A stretch of 63,779 nucleotides of DNA, filler included, from Octopus bimaculoides (Eukaryota): assembly GCF_001194135.2 (NCBI RefSeq). It is 5 parts of 5 records of this genome, joined end to end, with 100 filler letters (N's around TTAATTAATTAA, not from the genome) between each part and the next. Parts side by side here need not be neighbours in the genome. Positions count along the whole stretch, not along the records: positions 19,294 to 38,579 come from NC_069005.1; 4 more parts are not named here. One strand, given 5' to 3'. The notes under the pieces are model-generated. The model was not told the origin of the DNA and did no database searches. It saw only the letters and a program-made list of their open reading frames with translations. The position numbers and the translations under genes were made by a program. Shown here piece after piece: positions 24,787 through 36,603 of this stretch (position 1 is the stretch's first letter; each line of letters opens with the position of its first letter).

Positions 24787-25695
24787 TTAGTTGGCATTCC
24801 AAATTTTGCTGAACCGTTAGCTGAATGGGATCTTTTTGGTTTGACGGGCAACACTTGTTTTCTTAACGAAACACTTTCAAACTTGGGATACTGGTAGAAT
24901 GTGTCATATAAAACATCTTTTTCTATTAGCCTCCTTAACAAAAATTAGTTCTTAATAAGTTATTTCATGTTAAAGTTGTCGTATTTCTGTAATTTCAACC
25001 AATCACTGACGTCTATTCAGCTGAATACAGTTACTGCTCTTTTTATAAACAATACTTTTTACCGGTGTCAAGAGTGTTATTCCCTGTTTAATTATATCAT
25101 TATTCCCTAGTAAGGGTTTAGGGTTTTAGGGTTAGGNNNNNNNNNNNNNNNNNNNNNNNNNNNNNNNNNNNNNNNNNNNNNNNNNNNNNNNNNNNNNNNN
25201 NNNNNNNNNNNNNNNNNNNNNNNNNNNNNNNNNNNNNNNNNNNNNNNNNNNNNNNNNNNNNNNNNNNNNNNNNNNNNNNNNNNNNNNNNNNNNNNNNNNN
25301 NNNNNNNNNNNNNNNNNNNNNNNCCTAAAACCCTAAAGCTAAAACCAGTACAAACGCACGAACGATGTCATAAATTAGAGTAACACGGGTAGTTGTTGTT
25401 GACAAACAACGGCACTAATTTTATTCAAGGGAAAAGATCCCATGACACCGTTGTTTACATTCCACGGCAGTAATTGTTTTCACCTCAATAGACGTCAGTG
25501 ATTGGTTGAAATTACCGAAATACGACAACTTTTTACATGAAATAACTTCGAATACAAAAATTTTTATCTGTTCTATAATACAAAATATACAAGTATACGA
25601 AGTTTGAAAGTGTTTCGGTACCAAAAACACTACATAAAACATTAATGAAAAATGTTGCCTGTCAAACCCAAAAGATCCGCTGAATGTCCCCTTAA
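24787..25695. mobile_element. Palindromic non-autonomous DNA element with internal telomere-like repeats (Kolobok-like candidate)
   Basis: 24828-25100 is an imperfect inverted repeat of 25400-25678; centre reads TTAGGG-like, gap, CCCTAA-like; right end GTCCCC-TTAA. Confidence 0.6.
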
Positions 25696-25749
25696 GGTGG
25701 AATTTTGAGATTTAAAATGGCAAATTTAATATTTTAAAGCAAAAATGTT

Positions 25750-28700
25750 GATATGGCTTCCCAAATTGAGGGAAGCGATAGCTGTTGGAATAGCCTCTAT
25801 GATATTCTATTCTCACCACAAGCTAATGTAGTCAAGAAACGAAGCAAAGACAGCAGTAGCAGCAACAACAACACCAACAGAAGCAGTAGCAAGTGTGACA
25901 AACAAGATATATTTTTAAATGACGCAAGCACGACCTCCTCTACCATGCCCCCTACAACTACAACCACCGCTGCACTCCTCCTCTCCCTCCATCACCACCA
26001 CTGTCGCTCCCAATTCCACTAACACCACAAACATTAATGAAACAACAAGAGTGGCCGTCCTTTTTTCTAAGTAGAATGGGGACGGTTTCGCACTAGCTTG
26101 TCGGAGAAAAGAAAATGTCGAGTTGACACAAAACATTTTCAGCGACGTTAGACTGCATTTAACAAAAAATGGCAGAACAATCTTCCTTAACACATCGGAA
26201 AAAACAATATATATATAAATGTATATCATTAAAGACTAGGGCGAGCGACGCAAGCCTAGGTTGAAAAATATCTGAGACCTGTTTGGAGTTTAGGAACTTA
26301 TGTCACCCGTGGGAGAGGCTTTGGCACAGTTGAGATAAGATCCTCATCTAAAGAATTAACCAAAGAAAATACCACAACAAATCTCAAAAGTGAGGAATTA
26401 TGGCTAATTCTGACATATCTCGGTCGGAGTGTTGTCATAATAAAGGTATTGGGGGTGCCACCAGAAGTGGACCTCTCTTTGCAGGTAGTATCTGTATTAT
26501 ACGGCATAGAAGACAAAATAAAAATTCTGCAAGTCCACAAAATAGGAGTGGAGAATTGATCAGGCACGGGCATGGAATTGTTGTTACACGCTGTTCTGAA
26601 TAGTATCGAAGCCATCCCTGACCTGATCAACCTACCTAGTGGAATACAGTTATTTGTAGCAGAAAGCTGAGATTCCTCATTTTTGGCGAAACAAGCAGTT
26701 TAAAGGTTTTCTGCATCATGAAAAGAAAAGAAAAAACCCGTTACTGATGACACCTCCACCACAGCAATAACAACAGTAACAAAAGCAACAGTAGCATCAT
26801 CAACAACAACACCAACAGTATCTACAGAAAGAGCAGCAGGAGATATCCATTCAACAACATCAGCAGCAAGCATCAGTACCACACCCGAGAAAAGCCAAAG
26901 CAATACCCACACCATCACAACCGAGAGAAGCCTTATCCACACCAGTCGACCAGACCACTAGCCTAGAAATGTATTACTAAGCAGACAAACCCTTCCTCCT
27001 AACACATATTTTTCTGACTATGAAAACTCGTCTGGCGAGGAAAACAGTCTTGGAAACCCATTTGAATGGATCCTAGTGAAAGAAAAGAGGAAAAATTACA
27101 AAATGAAAAGCGTGGTACAAGATAAAATCAAAGAAATTAGAGGAGGAAACACAGAGACCAACAAGCCATAACACACCCACAAACCCCATACCAACGCAAT
27201 TATAAGCTTCTCCAACACTACAAACATGAGCAACATTGCAAACACCTCAACAAAAGAAAACAGATAGCAATCCAGACCAACAACATGAACAGTACTCCCT
27301 AGGCATCACTAATTACATGATCATAGACACAAACAACAAAACCTTTATAAAGCATATACAAAAATACACAGACATCGCTCTAAATAAATACATCGCAGCC
27401 CTGCATAACACCCCTATTCACATAAAAATTATAAAAACAACGATACAGACTTTTGACAAACCAAAAGCAAAATATTCCAAAAGAATGAAAGATTTCCGTG
27501 GGACCATAAATAAAAGGATCTACAAAAAAAAAAAAATGCTCGAAGTGACACTCACAAGTAGCCAGGACAGGACATCTGTTTCCCCACAGAAATAGGGTAA
27601 GTGACTTGCTTCATTCTCCTCTCTGATAAACATGGCTTTGTTCAGAATAAGCAGTATAAATGCGCATTACCTGGAGTCGCATTAGAAACAAGACCACCTA
27701 TCCAATCAATGACTTCGGTTCACTATGTTTAGATGTAGTGACTATAAGTGAAACCAGACTCTCCGACTGGCGAGCTTTCGTGCTCATTATCGGTAGATAC
27801 GAGATTTATTTATTTCCATGTCAACCGGAAATGAGGTAGGGGTAGAACTGCGGTGTTGTTCCATAGGGATCTGGATCTGAAGGTAAGGACTATTTTCTTG
27901 AGCCCAAAATGTAGGTCCTGGATATGAACAGTTGCGATGGGAATGCCTTCAGACTGGTGGCTGTTTATGATCTAACAGGGGCAGGGCAACCAGGTTTCTT
28001 CAAACGTCTAGAGGTTTTCCTGTGAACGTCTCGACCTAATGGGTGACGGGACGCCATCTTAGGTGCACGTTTGGATGTGAGATGTGAAGATAGGGTGCTC
28101 GTGGGTGTGTATGTGTGGGGGGAGGGGTGCAAATCGCCTGGTCTGGATGATCTGTCCTATGAACTTTACTTTTCTCTACCAGATTTGTTTGGTGGCTTCT
28201 TGGCAGATGGCTAGCAACGCAATTGCCTGCAGAACGGGAGAACTAATTCTGTGAGTCGAGGAGCGGTGGTACTCCTGAGAAAAGACCCAACAAGGGAGAT
28301 CGAACAGAAAATTTTAGGCCATAACGTTGCTGAACGCAGATTTCAAAATTTTGGCCAAATTGTTAGCAAAGAGGTTGGCGCTTGTCACCGAGGAACTGAA
28401 AGGGGATGCCCAAACATGCGCAATCCCGAGCAGATCCATCCACGACAATCTCCAATTCATGCGATATATCATCGATAAGGTGGGTAAGGAACCTGGCATG
28501 GGTGGGTCCCTGATCAGTTTGGATCTATCTAAGGCTTTTGATGGGGTCAACCACCAATACTGGCCGTTCTTACAGTTTCGGTACTGTTTTCCGTGACTGG
28601 ATCGCTGCAATAGACAGCGACGTTTGCTCAGTAGTTTGGGTGAATGGTTACCTATCGGAACCTATCGGAACCATTCAGCACCGTGCACTCGGTCCGTCAA

Positions 28701-28843
28701 GAGAGTCTGCTCTCATATTTTCTGTATGTACTTACTCTAGAGCCACTACTGCGATAAAATTAGAGGCATTGAGAATCATCCCACGCGAACTAGGATGTGG
28801 GAGAACCGTGTCAGCGTACTCAGACAACGTCATCAGTCATAGT

Positions 28844-28845
<2 letters not shown>
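25750..28845 (+). mobile_element. Degenerate, internally deleted L1/Tx1-like LINE (ORF1, APE endonuclease, RT)
   Basis: ORF1 homologous to 10237 ORF; endonuclease N-terminus MALFRISSINA...DVVTISETRL at about 27633; RT LNADFKILAK, LDLSKAFDGVNHQY, VSAYSDNV; stops at a (GATA)n tract. Confidence 0.85.
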
Positions 28846-28890
<45 letters not shown>

Positions 28891-28891
28891 T

Positions 28892-28941
<50 letters not shown>

Positions 28942-29029
28942 GTCTTATAAAACTATTCCGCACATACAATAAGAGCCATACCAACAATCCAACACACTTC
29001 CATCATATCTCTCTCTCTCTCTTTCTCTT

Positions 29030-29060
<31 letters not shown>

Positions 29061-29896
29061 TTCTCTCTTCCTCTCTCTCTCTCTCTNNNNNNNNNNNNNN
29101 NNNNNNNNNNNNNNNNNNNNNNNNNNNNNNNNNNNNNNNNNNNNNNNNNNNNNNNNNNNNNNNNNNNNNNNNNNNNNNNNNNNNNNNNNNNNNNNNNNNN
29201 NNNNNNNNNNNNNNNNNNNNNNNNNNNNNNNNNNNNNNNNNNNNNNNNNNNNNNNNNNNNNNNNNNNNNNNNNNNNNNNNNNNNNNNNNNNNNNNNNNNN
29301 NNNNNNNNNNNNNNNNNNNNNNNNNNNNNNNNNNNNNNNNNNNNNNNNNNNNNNNNNNNNNNNNNNNNNNNNNNNNNNNNNNNNNNNNNNNNNNNNNNNN
29401 NNNNNNNNNNNNNNNNNNNNNNNNNNNNNNNNNNNNNNNNNNNNNNNNNNNNNNNNNNNNNNNNNNNNNNNNNNNNNNNNNNNNNNNNNNNNNNNNNNNN
29501 NNNNNNNNNNNNNNNNNNNNNNNNNNNNNNNNNNNNNNNNNNNNNNNNNNNNNNNNNNNNNNNNNNNNNNNNNNNNNNNNNNNNNNNNNNNNNNNNNNNN
29601 NNNNNNNNNNNNNNNNNNNNNNNNNNNNNNNNNNNNNNNNNNNNNNNNNNNNNNNNNNNCCATGGTACAGAATATAGATTGGTAAAAGTTTTTATTTTTC
29701 ATTTCCTTTCGAAATTATCCCTAACTTTTGTGGTATGTAGTATTTTTGCTGCTATTTCTAGCGAGTAGATGTCCTATTATAGGCGTCTCTGCATTTCAAA
29801 TGAATAATACATAGTCTATTGACTGTTTTTTTACTCTCGCTAGACCACTGGTGGTAAATAAAATTTCTAAAATTTTCTTTGCTACCCTATAATTTA

Positions 29897-29933
<37 letters not shown>

Positions 29934-30250
29934 TTTCGGTGCGAATGGTTTTGTTAAGCGGTGTCGAGCTTTACGATTCTGTAAATAATAATAATGGTAT
30001 TTTTATAAGCTTAAAGCTCATAGCGATCACCGTGCAATTGACTAAGGAAAATAGTCTAATAATGGAGCATATAAGCCCTTGACAGAAATAAAGTAGGCTT
30101 TCCTGTACGCGTGAAACTCGTACCCACATCCCTTTGTTAACGCGACTAAGTGTGATACCGATTACAGCCTATAAAATTGTATCATTACACTGAAGATGAA
30201 ATCAATTCGAACAGAAATTGAAATTGGCAGCCAAACGAAAACGATCCATC

Positions 30251-30318
<68 letters not shown>

Positions 30319-31084
30319 ACATGCACACACACGCCCATATGCATATTTGTATGTATGTGTGTGTGAGTGCTTGTATTATTTTCTTGACGCAATGGCACAT
30401 TATCTATCTTAGCAGGTAATGATTGACAGAGGAATACGCACGCGCACGCACACACATATACATATTGATATGTAAGTGTGCGCACGCGCGTATGCTCGAT
30501 GTTTAAATCTACGCAACACGCAAAAGGATGTGACTGATATTACTAGTTATTTCCCTTCAATCTCTCACATAAAACCGATCTCGAAGTCTTGTTAGATTCA
30601 TTAGTCTGTTGCCTTTGACCGATGAGGCACAACGATATCGAAACACCGGGTATCCCAATTCCCCTTACGCAAGTGAATCGAGAGTGTCATGAACATACAT
30701 TCACCGTACGGTAGTTGTTCTCCTCTGACGAAACGCAACAACGATTAACAATATTCACGTTCAATGGAGCGGAACGTATTAAAATTAAACATGAAAGTCG
30801 GCGTATTGTATTATGTAAATATTGTCATGGGCTGAAATAGGAACACAATAATATACTTATCGAATAAATGAGATATAATTAGTTCCAAAATTTTATAATT
30901 TATACGTTACAACCATTGTTGATTTGATAGGTTTCTTATAAATTTAGATCATTGACACTTAGCAAAAGTTTTTCACTTATTTTTATTATAACAGCAATCT
31001 ATAAAATATAAATCGGTAATTTTCTAAACAGTATTATTAATACGACAGTCATGTAGAAAAAAAAGAAGTTAGAAAGGTTAGGAA

Positions 31085-31310
31085 TGATGATGATGATGAT
31101 GAAACATACATTTATACATACATATACACATGATGGCTGCCACCTCGTTATCGAGTATGGCCATTACTCGAAGCTTAACGGTGCTGTGATCGAATGTAAC
31201 TTTTTAGCCCAGCCAAAGATCTACAATGTCTTGCACAGAGTTGGCATCCAAAATCTTTGTTGGCAATAGCTGGCTGTTGTAATTGGGCTCCATGTACCTT
31301 TGCGTGTCGT
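31085..31310 (-). mobile_element. 3' end of RTE-type LINE
   Basis: C-terminal zinc-finger-like FGCQLCARHCRSLAGLKSYIR, short UTR, (ATC)n tail. Confidence 0.65.
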
Positions 31311-31439
31311 TTAAGTATTCCTGCTGAATCACACTCCCTTCCTACATATACACATACGTACATACATACATACACACATACATACATATACACATACATA
31401 CATATGCACATGCATACACAGACTCTCTCAGACAGCACT

Positions 31440-31905
31440 TGCTAAACAACAGCAGTAAAAATAAAAACATTAACTTAGTGCTGAAAAGTGAAGAAAACAA
31501 TATCTTGCGTGCTGGAAGTGAGCTCCTCAGGAAGTACTCTCTTCCTGTTGACCTCCCATACAATCCCAGATCCGTCGGACAAGCATACCTCAAAGAAGAC
31601 CTGAAAGAGAAGCGCTCAGCATACCAAAAAAAAAAAAGACTGTCCTGGAGTAAATATAGAGAATTCCGCTGCTATTGAATACGTACAAATACAAGCACAA
31701 GGAATAACCGTGGAACATTCCCATCAAAACATCAGTTAAGTGTAAATATAACAGACCGGATATTATTGTTTGGGACAGACACGAAAAAGTATGCTGCGTC
31801 ATAGAGGCCAACTGTCCTCCTGGTGTAAATATCTCTTTGAAAATCAAATAGAAAGAAGATAACAATGGACAACTCCAGCTTTTATATCTGGATTACAAGT
31901 TTACA
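31440..31905 (+). pseudogene. RLE LINE endonuclease remnant (subfamily distinct from 22860 element)
   Basis: WNIPIKTSVKCKYNRPDIIVWDRHEKVCCVIEANCP, the PD...E nuclease motif. Confidence 0.75.
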
Positions 31906-31919
31906 TTTTTAGTTTTGTA

Positions 31920-32130
31920 AATAAATGCCTAAGCTAAATGAGTGCTTAAGATATGTAAATAAAGATTCAAATCAACCAAGAAGCATAATAAATTCTATCA
32001 TTAAAAATATATCTACTCGTGTTTCGAGACTTCCGGCTAGTGAGGACGTATTTAAACAAAATCAAAATTACCATAACCACGCATTATTTGAAGCTGAATA
32101 TAAAAATAAAATTTACTATATCCAGAATCA
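31920..32130 (+). pseudogene. Penelope-like element post-RT linker fragment
   Basis: YVNKDSNQPRSIINSI...ISTRVSRL..SEDVF..NQNYHNHALFEAEY resembles the PLE YV..xSNHPxxI...YxxAL..SGY motif. Confidence 0.6.
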
Positions 32131-32139
32131 TAATCTCTT

Positions 32140-32342
32140 CTAATCTAGGCACAAGGCCCGACATTTTGGGGCAGGGGGCCAGTCGATTAGATCGACCCCA
32201 GTACGCAACTGGTATTTAATTTATCGACCGCGAAAGACAAAGTTGATCTCGGCAGAATTCGAACTTGGAACGTAGAGACACACGAAATACCGCTAAGCAT
32301 TTCACCCGGCGTGCTAACGTTTCTGCCAGCTCGCCGCCTTAA
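32140..32342 (-). mobile_element. SINE family 1 with target-site duplication
   Basis: Near full-length; flanked by ATATCCAGAATCATAAT / ATATTCAGAATCATAAT. Confidence 0.9.
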
Positions 32343-32699
32343 TATATTCAGAATCATAATAATGATAGAATGTTAGATAAGATGGAACTTAATAGGGAGT
32401 ATGTCGTAATCCTCTGTCGGACTGTTATAACACTCCGGTGTAGTAGTATAGTTAGACACGTAGGACACGACTATCTCGACTGACACTCTCGACTTCCTAC
32501 GTCACAGTAAGTATAATGACCAACACATACCACTCGTCAGGAGGGAGGAGTGTTCCATTTTTACTATTATCGCCATAACAACTTCTATTTTAAGTTTTTC
32601 TTATTTTCTTCTTTTATTTCTTTTCTTTTCTTATTCTTCTTTTATTTCTTTTATTAATAATTTTTATATCATCACGTTTTGGATTTTTTTTTTCACATA

Positions 32700-33830
32700 G
32701 TCACAAATTTAATATTGTTTTCGCTTGGCATCCACTTCCAGGAACTCCATACATTTTCTTTTCCATTCGCTCGTGCGGCTGGGTTCAATTATTCGTAGTG
32801 GCGTTGGTACTTGAAAAGTATCATATAACCATTCCTTTGGTTATATGATATAAGAAAGGAAAACAAAGTTGGGAAGATGGCGTGATTACCAAACGCATAG
32901 GAAAAATGCGATACTTTTCTTCCTTTTACCAAGTATAGCATTTTCCCCATCCGTTTGGTAATCACGCCATCTTCCCAACTTTGTTTTCCGTTCTTATATG
33001 CCTGGACAAATACATTTATCCATTGCAATTTCTCATTTCTTACCAAGTAGTAATTTGTCGAAGACTGATTTTATTTTCCTTGCAAACATCAGCTCCGCTA
33101 GTGACATACCTACTGGTGTGTTTAAATTTGGTGTCACACGGTATACTCTTAAGAATTGTTGTAGAGCTACCTCATCCGTGACTTCCTTATTCAAATTTCA
33201 TTGGACTCTCTCAAACATATAGACAAGGCGTTCAGCTTGTCCGCTAGATCTAGGTTGGTATGGCGGTGTAGTTACATGTTCTACAGCGAATGTTTTACAA
33301 AACTTTTTAAACTCAAAAGACACTAACTGCGTTCCATTGTCAGACACTATCGCATCTGGGACACCAAATCTCGCAAACAGCTCATGTAGAAAGTTAGTCG
33401 CAGCTGAGGAGGTTGGCTTTTTACACTTACAAATTTCTGGCCATTAAGAGAAACTATCAACTACCTTTAAGTAGTATGAACCGTTTAAGGGACCAGTGAA
33501 ATCGATATGTAGTCTCGACCACGGAACGTCTACTTTTGACCAAAGTTCATATTTCATCGTTGGTAATTTTGCTACTAGGGCTCATCCTCTACAGACTTAC
33601 ACTAAATTTTCGATTTCTCTATCTATTTTTGGCCAGTACACGTAGCTATACATTAAAGCTTTCATCCTCGAAATACCAGGATGTCCAACAAGGAATTCCC
33701 GCAACATTTTCTTTTGCAATATTTCAGGTATTACTACACTCTGTGCATACATCAGTACGCCATCATAATTTGGCGTACTGATGTATCACAAATCGCAGCA
33801 TTAAGATCAGAAGAAGAAATTTTCAAAATG
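32700..33830 (-). pseudogene. Ty3/Gypsy integrase remnant
   Basis: GHPGISRMKA..SYVYWPKIDREIENLV, PWSRLHIDFTGPLNGSYYL.VVDSFS.WPE, DAIVSDNGTQ, TTPPYQPRSSGQAERLV; stop codons. Confidence 0.9.
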
Positions 33831-34065
33831 TAATGTGGAATGTAGTACGCAAATTACCGGTAACCCTGTTATGAATTTGTCCTTTTCCGAATTTCGTTTT
33901 ATGTCTTTAGGGTTACCGGTAATTCGCTTCCCACCACCCCTCAAACATTTAATCTTATAAAAAAAATTTTTTTTTAGAATATTTGAAAAAGTCTTTTACT
34001 TTCCTCACACAAGTACGTCCAAAGTTCATAATAAACAGATATCACAGGTCAAATTCAACATTCGC

Positions 34066-34156
34066 ATATATCTATGACCATTTCGGGAGCTCACCACCGC
34101 AGTTCATTTACATAAAAATGCATCACGGCGATGACCCCCTCATCAGGATAAACATG
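34066..34156 (-). ncRNA. Hammerhead-like fold with long stem II, degenerate stems I and III
   Basis: Minus strand CTGATGA-GGGGGTCATCGCCG...CGGTGGTGAGCTCCC-GAAA-TGGTC; stem I poorly paired. Confidence 0.45.
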
Positions 34157-34242
34157 AAACATGCACAGATCAAAACTTTTAATGAAAAGCTTATATAATT
34201 TAAGAAGAACCCATCAGCGGACCAGTCCAAATTTTCTATAGA

Positions 34243-34329
<87 letters not shown>

Positions 34330-35121
34330 ATTGCTAAACACTCAGGTGGCTGTAGTTAACAGAAATTTAACTTCGCCGGTTTCAAATCCCCGTAACGCTA
34401 AACAATTTTATTACATCTATTTTTATTTCTATATACTTTCAAAAAGGTGGACGAAAACCTATGGTTACAAAAAGGGATCACCTCAATAAATCTATTTAAA
34501 GTTTTTGGTCCAAATTACTTAAGGGATTCTTTTACACACAACTTACACTTATTTATGGTTACTCTGAAATAAGGGGCTCTCGAAATAACGGACCATTCCA
34601 GAGACTGTCAAAACGCTAAAAATAACTGATCAACAAAAAAAAGAAACAACCAAGATTCAACCAAATCAAAAAATAAACCCAAATACTAAGCGAACAAAGA
34701 TGAACTATCCCACTTCCATTGCGCGCGCACACGCGCGCACACAAACACACACATGCATGTACACACACATACATTCACATACACATACACATACACATAC
34801 ATATATTCACACAGAGTTGAAACGCTGTTTGGTTCATTTTTTTCAGCGTACAATTTTCATCATCCCACTACCAAATATGACATCACCCCATCCTTCCTTA
34901 TTCATGTATCACCCCTTCTTTTCTCATTCATAAACAGCAGATTATGATTATAGTAGATTATCTCGGTAACCAAGAGAGCTATGAAAAAATACAAAGCCCA
35001 GCATCACCACCGGATCATTCTACAAATCTGTGTAATTTTTCGCGCAATTCCACCCAACCGTTTGACCGTGAATCCCAAGACAAAAAAGAATCGCCCATGT
35101 CAAATTTATATATATATATAT

Positions 35122-35365
35122 AGCCTGATAGACTAGCCTGATAGACCCTGCTATGTCAAGATGGACTTATATATTCTTCCTCTGCTCTCTCCCACTTGGT
35201 TTTAATATGTTGCCACATTTGTAATATGTCTTTTTTTCCTACATTTTTTCGTGCAGCTGAAGATTGCTCTTCATATTGCATTTAAGGTAATGCTCACATT
35301 ACTTAAATAAATTGAAGTAGCATGAAACGTGCGTACTGCAATCACTTTTGAAATCCGTGTTGCTT
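35122..35365 (+). mobile_element. Hammerhead-containing dispersed repeat, copy 2
   Basis: Aligns to 7222-7490; begins with a 13-nt duplication TAGCCTGATAGAC. Confidence 0.75.
35252..35340 (+). ncRNA. Type I hammerhead ribozyme, predicted cleavage after A35335
   Basis: Same core as 7370-7458; stem II CTTC/GAAG fully Watson-Crick in this copy. Confidence 0.75.
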
Positions 35366-35953
35366 ATTATTTGATTTTAATCACCCATCCTTTTGGGATG
35401 TGATATTCGGGTGCCTTCGCATAAGTACCATATTCAAGCCTTGAATCTATATCTAAACCGTATATATATATATATATATATNNNNNNNNNNNNNNNNNNN
35501 NNNNNNNNNNNNNNNNNNNNNNNNNNNNNNNNNNNNNNNNNNNNNNNNNNNNNNNNNNNNNNNNNNNNNNNNNNNNNNNNNNNNNNNNNNNNNNNNNNNN
35601 NNNNNNNNNNNNNNNNNNNNNNNNNNNNNNNNNNNNNNNNNNNNNNNNNNNNNNNNNNNNNNNNNNNNNNNNNNNNNNNNNNNNNNNNNNNNNNNNNNNN
35701 NNNNNNNNNNNNNNNNNNNNNNNNNNNNNNNNNNNNNNNNNNNNNNNNNNNNNNNNNNNNATCCAGGAAGCAATTTCTCTCTCTCTCTCTCACACACACA
35801 TACGCGCGCGCGCACAGACACACACACACACACACAATTAATTTTTAACAGTAGAAATTGAAGTAGATAAAACAAAAAATTCTTTGGATACAAAAAGTCG
35901 AAGGCTGCCTTCAGCGAAAACAATATCTGTCTTTCTGTCTGTCTGTCTGTCTT

Positions 35954-35988
<35 letters not shown>

Positions 35989-36603
35989 GACTGTCTTTCT
36001 ATCAGTCTGTCTGTCTGATGTATGTATGTATGTATGTATGTTCTCTTTCTCTTTTCAATTTTTTAGAGTAAATTTTGACCAGTCCCCTACATGATAGCAA
36101 AGTTGTAAAGGAAAGTATCTTCATTTAACCATTATCTTTTAAATCACAGGAAGGTCTTGCAGATTTTTATTGTTCCAGATATCGTGATTATTTGTAGCAT
36201 ATGAGTTAAGTATTTGCATTCACTTTCCAATATCCCAAATTCAGCCATATTTTGCACCAGTATGTGTGTATGCATGCTTGTACGTAACTCTGTGCGCGCG
36301 TGTGCGTGTGTGTATGTGTACAGAATATAGCTATAAATTTTTCTCAACACTATGTATAGAGAGGTATCAACACATCTTCGTGAACAGAAGACGAGCTACA
36401 ATCCCAGATGCGAAATTTATTTTGTTTCAATGCCATACTGTACCACAGAATATGTGTATAAATTTTTGCAAATGCTGTAAATATAGACACTTTATTTATA
36501 TACAATGTTTTCCTTTGTTTTCTAATAAGATCAAAAGTCATAAATGAGGTTTGTAGAATGTGATGAGACCATCCATATTGTTCGAAGCCAATATATATAT
36601 AAA

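Noticed and set aside
32525-32555. Minus-strand CTGACGAG hammerhead half
   Set aside because: No downstream GAAA or stems; at most a remnant.
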